Assembly (NCBI GenBank): GCA_965366625.1
Contig: CBDUGP010000022.1
Coordinates: 21,165 to 85,164 of the forward strand
Direction: 5' to 3'
Length of the DNA stretch: 64,000 bases
Origin: an uncultured bacterium
Lineage (GTDB): Bacteria > Acidobacteriota > Thermoanaerobaculia > Multivoradales > J023
In this document: positions 50,374-58,373 of the stretch, in pieces
Layout: each line of letters begins with the position of its first letter
Numbering within the stretch: the stretch's first letter is position 1
Program-made: the position numbers and the translations under genes
The notes under the pieces: model-generated
Database searches by the model: none
What the model saw: the letters and a program-made list of their open reading frames with translations, nothing else
What the model was told of the DNA's origin: nothing

Positions 50374-50451
50374 CAGGTTGACTCGCCGGCACGGCCCTGC
50401 ATCCTTCCGGGCTGCCCCGAAGGGGCGAGGCATGAGTAGCCTCGGAATTTA

Positions 50452-50616
50452 TTCCGTGGCGACCGGCTCGAACACGGACTACATGCCCTGGGCTGACGGC
50501 GATTCGGCGAAATAACCCCCGGATTGTTCCGTGGCGACCGGCTCGAAAACGGACTACGCGCCCAAGGCTCATGGCGTTCGTGCCCCAAGATCACGGCGAT
50601 TCGTCGAAATAACCCT
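50452..50616. repeat. Two-part degenerate tandem repeat between convergent genes
   Basis: 50452-50482 and 50527-50557 match at 30/31 nt. ACGGCGATTCG(G/T)CGAAATAACCC occurs at about 50496 and 50593, the second copy being the VWA gene 3' end. Confidence 0.75.
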
Positions 50617-51775
50617 CGCGATGGCGCACTTTCAGCCCGGCCCGGTGGAGCTTGACCTTGACCGAATGCCAGACCCCGTCGTCGAGGTCTCGGGTCGGGT
50701 AGTACCCGAGCACGTATTGACGGCGCAGCTCCCGCAGGATGTCCGCCAGCAGCTCGCCGGCTCGGTCGATGTGATCGACTTCTAGAATGCGGCCCCCGGT
50801 GCCTTCGACCAATCGCTCGAGAGCTTCGAGGTCATGGGTGTATTGCTCGGCGCCACGCCAGAAGGAGAAGAAGGAGCTGCCGGCTTCCATCTGGCTGCGG
50901 GGCCGAATCCAATAGATCAAGGCCTGGCTTCGGCGCGCTTTCCACTCCAGGTCTTTTAGGGAAAGCACGCTCTCGACATCGATGCCGTCCGAGAGCAAGA
51001 TCACGACTTGGCGCCCTTGGCGACGGCTGATTTGTTCCAGGGCCAGGTAGAGATGGTCGTAAACGGCCGTGCCTCCGGAGGCTTCGACTCGAGCCACCTG
51101 CTCGGCCACCACTTCCGGATCGGCGGTGAATGGGGTTCTCGCTTGGAGGCGGTCGGAGAAAACCAGCACCGCGGCCTCGTCGAGCGGTCTCATGCCCGCG
51201 ACGAAAGCCCGGGCTCCGGCCAACGCCGACGCCAACGGGCGGCCGACCATGCTGCGGCTCGAATCGACCAGCAAGGCCGCGGTGAAAGGCGCATTGCCGT
51301 CCTCGAAGGTCACCAAATCCTGCGCTAGCCTGTCGTCGAGGACTTGGAAATCGTGTTTTGCCAGCTGGGGCGGATCTTGCGACCCGTTCTCAACTGTGAC
51401 GTAAAGTTGCTGCAAGCCCAAATCCAGCTCGAAGTGCACCTCGATCCGGCCGGTGACCATCGTGCGGGTCACCGAAACGCCGTTCACGTCGGTGGCCACG
51501 AATTCAAAAACATGGGACCGATTCTCCTCTCCCACATCCACGGTGGTGTGAAAAGGCTCCGCGGTCAATCGATCCACTTCCCGGCCATCGAGGCGAACGA
51601 CGATTTCGCGGATCGGCGCACCTCCCAAGACTTCGAGCCGAACTTCGACCGAGCCAAAGACCACCTGCCCATCCCGTGGATGGTGGACAAAAAAGTCCAT
51701 GGCCAAAGCCCGGGTCTGCCCAAGGAAGAGACACGCGAGCCATAGAATTCCAGCGAGCCAGCGTCCGGGACTCAT
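50591..51775 (-). CDS. VWA-domain protein with an N-terminal Ig-like domain
   Basis: Signal peptide. MIDAS motif LLVDSSRSM, GGTAVYD, LLSDG, LRRQYVLGYYP and VKVKL. Confidence 0.87.
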   Translation of the reverse strand: MSPGRWLAGILWLACLFLGQTRALAMDFFVHHPRDGQVVFGSVEVRLEVLGGAPIREIVVRLDGREVDRLTAEPFHTTVDVGEENRSHVFEFVATDVNGVSVTRTMVTGRIEVHFELDLGLQQLYVTVENGSQDPPQLAKHDFQVLDDRLAQDLVTFEDGNAPFTAALLVDSSRSMVGRPLASALAGARAFVAGMRPLDEAAVLVFSDRLQARTPFTADPEVVAEQVARVEASGGTAVYDHLYLALEQISRRQGRQVVILLSDGIDVESVLSLKDLEWKARRSQALIYWIRPRSQMEAGSSFFSFWRGAEQYTHDLEALERLVEGTGGRILEVDHIDRAGELLADILRELRRQYVLGYYPTRDLDDGVWHSVKVKLHRAGLKVRHREGYFDESP

Positions 51776-53799
51776 CGGCGCGCCTCCCTGCGTTCAACAG
51801 CGGCGATCGCCTGGGCTAGGACCGGCAGCCGGGCCACGGCGTGACGACGCAGCTCCAGGCGCGAGCCGCTGTCCTCGAGTTCGGGCGGCTGCTGATAAAC
51901 ATGCCTCGGCGAGGGACCGCTGTCCGGCGGAAGCTGGTCGAGCAGATCCGCGGCCCGTCGGCGATCTTCCGGGCTGCGGCCGGGCCGACGCTCCAAAGCC
52001 TGGGCGAGCTGTAGGCGTAAGCGCTGGTTGGCGGGAAAACGAGCGGCCGCGTCTTCCAGCAGCACAATCGCAGCGTCGAAGCGTCCAGACTCGGTATGCA
52101 AACTCGCGGCTTCTTGGAAGGCGATGACTTTGACTTCAGTCGAGACCTGCCGTCCGAGGATCGACTCCAGGGTTGCAAGGGCCGAGTCGGAACGTCCCAG
52201 ACGCCGCAAACCGATGGCCCAACGTAATCGAGCGTCGTCGAGCTCGGGACGCAGCTCCAGAAGTATCTCCAAGGCGTCCACAGCCCGGTCCACCTGTCCC
52301 CGTCGTTCGTGCCAAAAGACCAGATAACGCCACACTTCCGCGTTCTTCGGATCGACCTCCGTCGCCTGTTCCAGCAAGCGCAGGGCAGATCGGGGAAGAC
52401 CGGCCCGATCGACGGCAATGCCGAGCTCCGCCAGCACCGTGGAGGCAAGGCTCTTGGCCACCTCTTGATCGGCGGCCTCGGCATAGGCCTCCGCCAGCGT
52501 CCGAATACGAGACCAAGTGGCTTCGAGCACGAAGGCGTCTTCCTGATGCTGCTCGACATATCGGTCGTGCAGCTCGAGATGTAACCACACGATCGGCAAC
52601 AGGCTCTCCGGGTCTCGACCCGCCAAGGCTTTGACGAGCTTGGTCACTGCCTGTTCTAGGGTCCCCGGTATCTCGGCCTGTCGACCCGCTCCCGCCTCCG
52701 CGGCCGCGAACAGCTCGGAGTCGATCGCGATCAGCGAGTCCACGGCCCGATCCACATCTCCTGCCACGAGCTGGTCCAAGACCCCCTCGTAAGCTTGCAC
52801 GAGAGCTGCCACGCGTTTGGAGCGTCGACCTTCCAAATCCTGCGTTCGCATCTCTTGCCGCTCTTCAGGATTCTCGACCAGACGTCGAATTTGGGCCCAG
52901 CTCAGGGTTTGGTCACCCCACTGCGCTTCGAGCAAGAGAATCGGCAGGCTCCACGATGACCCGCGGCCGACGGGGCGAATTCGACGGCTACCCGTGCAGT
53001 CCGTGCCGCCTGCAATTCGGAGCTGCTCACCTTGCCATCGAACGCTACAGCCCGGAATCGGCTGATCGGTCTCGTCCACCAACTCCAATCCGCTCTGCGA
53101 CGCCGGCCCGGGCGGCACGGCCTCGGACCGGCCCATCACCCACACCGGCCAAGGATCAAAGGGCTCAAACCAACGATCTTCGACCCCGGCGGTGAGCCAA
53201 TCCCCTCGTGGGGGGACCCTTAGAGCGGGCTCCCCAGTCGGATTCCGAAGCTCTGCCCCCAAGCGACGCAATGAGTAACTTTGGCCGGCTCGGTCGCGGA
53301 CCAAGAGGCGCAGATCGTAAACACCGGGCGGCGCGCTGAAGGGCAATCCCACTCGCAGTCCGGTGGCGCCTAAACGCTCGCCGTGGACCGTCGTGTCGAG
53401 GTCGAGACGCCCGGCAAAGCTGTCGATCAGCTTGGGACCCGCCAACAGGTAGGCGTAGATTTCGAGCCGCAGCTTGGGGGGTACCGGGTCATGGGCTTGG
53501 AGCAAACTCCGACCGCCGACCTCGAAACTCAGCTCGAGCCGATCACCGGTCGCCGAGGGCAAGACCGCAGCAGCCGTCCAAAGGGAGCCACCTTCGGTGC
53601 CGGCAAAGAGCAAAGCCGCCACGTCGGCTTTGGTGCCGGGTAGTGGTCGGATCCGCAACTCGGGCGTCTCCTGCCCAAAGAGGCTTCGAGCCGACACAGC
53701 CAGAATCGCCGTCAACAGCACCCAATACCAATAGGTCCCTAAAAAGCAGGTCCTGAAAAAACAGGGTCTAAAGGACCCATCCGTCCGATGGAATTTCAC
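51772..53799 (-). CDS. Exported TPR-repeat protein
   Basis: Signal peptide and C-terminal TPRs (ALRLLEQATEVDPKNAEVW; LEILLELRPELDDARLRWAIGL). 4-bp overlaps with both neighbours. Confidence 0.8.
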   Translation of the reverse strand: MKFHRTDGSFRPCFFRTCFLGTYWYWVLLTAILAVSARSLFGQETPELRIRPLPGTKADVAALLFAGTEGGSLWTAAAVLPSATGDRLELSFEVGGRSLLQAHDPVPPKLRLEIYAYLLAGPKLIDSFAGRLDLDTTVHGERLGATGLRVGLPFSAPPGVYDLRLLVRDRAGQSYSLRRLGAELRNPTGEPALRVPPRGDWLTAGVEDRWFEPFDPWPVWVMGRSEAVPPGPASQSGLELVDETDQPIPGCSVRWQGEQLRIAGGTDCTGSRRIRPVGRGSSWSLPILLLEAQWGDQTLSWAQIRRLVENPEERQEMRTQDLEGRRSKRVAALVQAYEGVLDQLVAGDVDRAVDSLIAIDSELFAAAEAGAGRQAEIPGTLEQAVTKLVKALAGRDPESLLPIVWLHLELHDRYVEQHQEDAFVLEATWSRIRTLAEAYAEAADQEVAKSLASTVLAELGIAVDRAGLPRSALRLLEQATEVDPKNAEVWRYLVFWHERRGQVDRAVDALEILLELRPELDDARLRWAIGLRRLGRSDSALATLESILGRQVSTEVKVIAFQEAASLHTESGRFDAAIVLLEDAAARFPANQRLRLQLAQALERRPGRSPEDRRRAADLLDQLPPDSGPSPRHVYQQPPELEDSGSRLELRRHAVARLPVLAQAIAAVERREARR

Positions 53800-55586
53800 G
53801 ATCCGACCTCAACCTCCACAGTCAAGGTGGAGCCCACGTCAGCGAGGTCGTCGCGCAGGCCTACCCCCAGCACTTGGCGCCCCTGGCGGATGACCAGTTC
53901 GGTGGGATATTCAAAAGTGCTCGAAAGGGCTTCCATGAGATGAATATTCTTGACTTCAAAGGGCAAACGAATGCGCACGGGATCGCTCAGCCCGCCAGTG
54001 TCGTCGCTGACCACGAGCACCAAGGTCAGCTTGCCGGAATGGGAGATCTCACCGGGCAGCAGCACCAGATTGGCCATCGGGACTTGGACCTCGATCGGCA
54101 GGCGATAGAAACCGTCCTTCTGACGTTTGGCTTTGCCCAGTTCCACGCGCGCGTCGAGGGGATTCACCTTGGTGCCCAGAAGGACCGAGGACAAGGTTCG
54201 GTCCGCCATTTGTTGGTCGCCGGACTTGTCTCGATACTCTTCCAGGTACCGAATCTTGACCCCTGGTCTTTGGATTCGCACCTCTATCTTGTGGGTCTTG
54301 CCGTCCCCACGATGGGGTGAGGCATAAGCCAAGGAGTAGTAATCCGTGAGATCAGATTGCAGAGCGGCGAAAAATCCGTCGACGTCACCCCGTCCAATAG
54401 CAGCCCGTCCACCCGTGCGCTCCGCTAGCCATAACAGCCCAGAGTCCTGTTCCTTAAATTGCGCGAAACCCGCGCCTCCCACGGAAACGCCACGGCTTTC
54501 CGCGCCCACCAGGCTCGGCCCGGCGTCGGCGCCCACACCAATGGGATAAAAGGCAACCCGATTGGAGTTGGCGTCGGCGATCAGCTCCCGCACGGCAGCG
54601 GAGGTATCGAATTCCGCCAACGCGGCGTCGACCGAACTCACTCCGAGTTCGGGGCCCCAATCGAAGCCAAACTTTTGAAACCAGGCGCGCCAAACCAGCT
54701 CACCCGGTCGGGTCGGCAGGCGATCGGCCACGTAGAGCAAGGCTTTGCGTCCGGGCAAGCCGGCTAGGGATCCTAGGAAGCTCTTCAGCAGGCCCAGGCT
54801 CACCTGCATTTCGGCGTGCATTTCTTGGCTGTGACGGCGGGCTTGTTGGTGGGCGGAGCGGGCGTCGAGCAAAGAGGTCAGCTTCGTGGCACCGCCCGCA
54901 CCTCCGGGCCCCGAACGCGCAAGACCTTCCGTCGGGCCGGAGGTAATGCTTTGAATGATCCGCGCCACCTCCATCCGGCTGCTCGTACCAGGTTGTTGTA
55001 CCAGTCGCTGGAGAGACTCACGAACAGCACCGAGATCCGAGGTCAATGGCTGGACAATTTCCACCTTGCGATCCTTGCTCACCAGCAGCACCCGAGTCCC
55101 CTGTGCCACGGTCTTGTCCAGCTGCGCCGAGATCCGGTCAAAAGCCATCTTGCCCGCCGTCGGCGCCAGAAATGGATGGTCTACGAGGATGACCAGAGTC
55201 GAAGGCTCTTGGGGCTCTGCCGTCTCCTGCTCAGGTGATTCAACGTCGTTCTTCGGCACCACTCTTCGACCGTCTTGAACGCGGTAGAAGTGACTGATAT
55301 CCATAGATTTACCGTCATCCAGCAGCTCGAAATCCGACGCCTCGAGATCCGTCACGGGCAGACCTTCTTGCTCGGCGTAGACCTCGATATTGATCAGGCT
55401 GACATCCAGGGAATCCAAGAAAATGCCGTGGCGTCGAACCTCCTCGTCCCATCCACCGTCCTCCTGCGCCCAAGACGCGGGAACAGCCTGTAGCACCAGA
55501 AATACAGCCGTTGTCAGTAGCGCCCACTTGCCCTGCCAAGGGGATCGAACCGAGTCAAACCGCCGAGAACTCTGCGTATCGTCCAT
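53796..55586 (-). CDS. VWA-related protein of the acidobacterial type (degenerate MIDAS)
   Basis: Signal peptide. VSLINIEVYA...PVTDLEASDFELLDDG, LAGLPGRKALLYV, LAERTGGRA and YYSLAYA. Confidence 0.82.
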   Translation of the reverse strand: MDDTQSSRRFDSVRSPWQGKWALLTTAVFLVLQAVPASWAQEDGGWDEEVRRHGIFLDSLDVSLINIEVYAEQEGLPVTDLEASDFELLDDGKSMDISHFYRVQDGRRVVPKNDVESPEQETAEPQEPSTLVILVDHPFLAPTAGKMAFDRISAQLDKTVAQGTRVLLVSKDRKVEIVQPLTSDLGAVRESLQRLVQQPGTSSRMEVARIIQSITSGPTEGLARSGPGGAGGATKLTSLLDARSAHQQARRHSQEMHAEMQVSLGLLKSFLGSLAGLPGRKALLYVADRLPTRPGELVWRAWFQKFGFDWGPELGVSSVDAALAEFDTSAAVRELIADANSNRVAFYPIGVGADAGPSLVGAESRGVSVGGAGFAQFKEQDSGLLWLAERTGGRAAIGRGDVDGFFAALQSDLTDYYSLAYASPHRGDGKTHKIEVRIQRPGVKIRYLEEYRDKSGDQQMADRTLSSVLLGTKVNPLDARVELGKAKRQKDGFYRLPIEVQVPMANLVLLPGEISHSGKLTLVLVVSDDTGGLSDPVRIRLPFEVKNIHLMEALSSTFEYPTELVIRQGRQVLGVGLRDDLADVGSTLTVEVEVGS

Positions 55587-55864
55587 TGGATCTCCCTGAG
55601 CCGGATCTATGCCTTAGTCGCAAATTCAACCTAACTGAATCGATTTAGTGTATCAATTGGCCGAGCCCCTGCCCAGCCTCTCACCCAGGGGACACGTTGT
55701 TGTGACCAGAAGCTACGGACGTCGTGAATAATCGATCGGTCAACCCGGAACGTGCTGATACCCGACCACTCCCGTGCGTTATCAAGACACACGTCCCCCC
55801 ACCCAAATCTGGCTCTACGTCTGGTTCTGATCATGTAAGGCAGCGGACAAAGGAGAAATCGAAC

Positions 55865-56812
55865 TTAGCCTGACACCCAGGCTAAGTCAGAGGCCGGATC
55901 GACAAACGGCAGCCTGCTGGGAAAACAATTCCTTGGAAAGCTCACCGAACGGTCTCCCGCCTTCAGCCGCTCTGCAGCGTCGAAATAGGCGGTGGTGATC
56001 AGACCGAGCGCCTCACGCATATCTCGCCGTACCCTTTGACGAAAAGCATGGAATAGCGGTTTAGGAGGCGTCTCAAGCTCTTCCGGACGGAAATGTGGAT
56101 CCCCCGCGAGCACCGCAAGCACTCCGAGCGGGCTCGTTCCTTCAGCCGCATGGACCTTTGCCGTCTCGTCCTCGATCTGCCGAACCATCTCGGTGACGTA
56201 ATCCCGCCGGGTTGCGGCATCCACTTCTTGCCAACAAGGCAAGGGAGCCAATGGCAACTCCAGCTCTTCTGTGAAATCGTCGAGAGTGACAGCCTTGCCC
56301 TTAGCCCGAGCGCGGCTATAACCAGATCGGTCGATCCAAATGCCCTTCAGCGGCTCACCGGTCATCAACGCTGCGGCAAAACCGACCCCTGGCCACTGGA
56401 TCGGCGACCCAACAAGGCCTTCCTTACATCCGTGTTGCAAACAATAGGTCAGCCTTCCGATCTGAGCCTCCGGCTCCTCGGAAACCTCCGTGGCGCGGTA
56501 TCTCTCCGGGAAGGTCGAACCCTTCCAGTCATAGGCAATGCCGCTCTCGATCGATAGTTTTCGAGTGAAGTCCCTCATAAAATTCGCCTGGGCCCGCACC
56601 GAGCCGGCCCGTAGGTACAGGTGGAAGTGGTTCGCGGCAAAAGCCCCGCCATAGATCTCAATTCCATGTCGCTCACGGGCCTTGGCCAGGGCGCCGACGA
56701 TGATGGCGTTGAAGCGAGGGCTCGGTTGGATCAGGTGGCGACCTTGAAAAGTGCGGTTGACGACTTCGACGGTGGCGTTGGGATGGGTCCAAAGCCTGGG
56801 TTGTCTGGGCAT
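55865..56812 (-). CDS. REP-associated tyrosine transposase-like (RAYT, Y1 HUH) protein 2
   Basis: AGGAG RBS. MPRQPR, HUH ANHFH, FPERYRA, RLTYCLQH and GLVGSPIQWPG. Homologous to 20877-21818 along its whole length. Confidence 0.85.
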   Translation of the reverse strand: MPRQPRLWTHPNATVEVVNRTFQGRHLIQPSPRFNAIIVGALAKARERHGIEIYGGAFAANHFHLYLRAGSVRAQANFMRDFTRKLSIESGIAYDWKGSTFPERYRATEVSEEPEAQIGRLTYCLQHGCKEGLVGSPIQWPGVGFAAALMTGEPLKGIWIDRSGYSRARAKGKAVTLDDFTEELELPLAPLPCWQEVDAATRRDYVTEMVRQIEDETAKVHAAEGTSPLGVLAVLAGDPHFRPEELETPPKPLFHAFRQRVRRDMREALGLITTAYFDAAERLKAGDRSVSFPRNCFPSRLPFVDPASDLAWVSG

Positions 56813-56955
56813 GATGTGCTCCTAGGATTCCAGTCGGATTTTGCATGTCGAGTAGGCGCAATGCCTACACTCCTAGGAGAGTTAGGACGAAGAAGAGGTC
56901 GCCAATTCTGCAGATTCTCGAAATTTCCAGAAAAAATTTCAGCGTTGGGTACCCG

Positions 56956-57003
56956 GAACATCTACCCGGTACCGGACCGAAGAACATCTACCCGACACCG
57001 GAC
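56956..57003 (+). repeat. Two family-B-like repeats upstream of RAYT 2
   Basis: GAACATCTACCCGGTACCGGAC (56956-56977, 19/22 identical to the 48.2-kb unit) and GAACATCTACCCGACACCGGAC (56982-57003). Confidence 0.8.
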
Positions 57004-57026
57004 CGAAATCCCCTTAGAATAACTAC

Positions 57027-58373
57027 ATGGCACGAGAAACATGGGCGAGTCGGTTCGGATTCATCATGGCCACCGCCGGTTTCGCCGTCGGCCTCGGCAA
57101 TATCTGGCGCTTTCCCTACATGACCGGCATGAACGGCGGAGGTGCCTTTCTAGTCGTTTATTTGGTCTTTGCCTTGCTCATCGGCATCCCCCTGCTCACC
57201 GCCGAAATCTCACTCGGACGCAAAGCCCAGCTCACACCCATCGCCGGCATGGCTCGCTTGACCGGCTCAAAATCCAATCCATGGAATCTGCTCGGATGGT
57301 TGAGCGTCACCGCGGCCGTCATCATCGAGTCCTATTACGTGATGCTGATCGGCTGGATCTTCGGTTATTTCTTTCGCATCGTTTCGGGCGATCTGGTCGG
57401 TGCCTCCCCGGACGAGCTCACCGCTCAATACCAAACCTTCATTTCCTCCCCCGGCCCCGTCTTTGCCTACACCGCCCTCGTGGTTTTCGTGCTCGCCCTC
57501 ATCGTCGGGCGGGGGCTCAGAGCCGGGTTGGAGCGGGTCGCCAAGATCGCCATGCCGCTTCTTCTGCTGCTGCTCATCGCCCTGGCCGTCCGCTCGCTGA
57601 CCTTCGAAGGCGCTGAACGAGGTCTCGTCTGGTACCTAAAACCCGATTTTTCCTCGCTCACCGCTGAGACGATCCTGGCAGCCCTCGGACAGGCCTTCTA
57701 TTCGATCGGCATCGGCATGGCAGCGGCTTTCGGTCTGGGCGGTTACCTCGACCGCAACACCAGCGACGTACCCGGCAATGCCGCGATCGTCGTGGTTTTC
57801 GACACCGCCATCGCGGTGCTCGCCGGCCTGGTCATTTTCCCGGCCCTCTTCGCCTTCGACCTCGAACCCGACGCCGGCCCCGGCCTGCTCTTCGTCACCA
57901 TGACCCATCTCTTCGCCCAAATGCCCGCCGGACGGATCTTCGGCTCGGCCTTCTTCTTGCTTCTGATCCTGGCGGCGATCACCTCCGCCGCTGCCTTGCA
58001 CGAAGTTTTGACCACAACCCTCACCGACATGGTCGACATCAGCCGCCGCGCCGCCTGTTGGCTGACGGCAGGGGTCTTCCTCCTCCTTTCAATTCCGATG
58101 ATCCTCTCCCAGGGCCCTTGGTCCCACGTTCGCCTCTTTGGAATGGACCTTTTCGTTCTGGCCGACACCGTCTCCGGCAACTATTTGTTACCCGCCGGTG
58201 GATTGCTATTGAGCCTCTACGTGATCTTCGCTTGGACCTTCGAGCGATTCCTCCAAGACACCAACCAAGGTGCCCGGCGCCTGCGCGTGACCGTGCTGTG
58301 GAAACCTTTGATGATCGTCGGCATCCCGCTCGCCGTTTTCGCGGTCTTGCTCGCAGGATTGGGTGTTCTATGA
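57027..58373 (+). CDS. Sodium-dependent transporter, neurotransmitter:sodium symporter (NSS/SNF) family
   Basis: RETWASRFGFIMATAGFAVGLGNIWRFPY signature, ALGQAFYSIGIGM and many TM helices. Confidence 0.93.
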   Translation: MARETWASRFGFIMATAGFAVGLGNIWRFPYMTGMNGGGAFLVVYLVFALLIGIPLLTAEISLGRKAQLTPIAGMARLTGSKSNPWNLLGWLSVTAAVIIESYYVMLIGWIFGYFFRIVSGDLVGASPDELTAQYQTFISSPGPVFAYTALVVFVLALIVGRGLRAGLERVAKIAMPLLLLLLIALAVRSLTFEGAERGLVWYLKPDFSSLTAETILAALGQAFYSIGIGMAAAFGLGGYLDRNTSDVPGNAAIVVVFDTAIAVLAGLVIFPALFAFDLEPDAGPGLLFVTMTHLFAQMPAGRIFGSAFFLLLILAAITSAAALHEVLTTTLTDMVDISRRAACWLTAGVFLLLSIPMILSQGPWSHVRLFGMDLFVLADTVSGNYLLPAGGLLLSLYVIFAWTFERFLQDTNQGARRLRVTVLWKPLMIVGIPLAVFAVLLAGLGVL

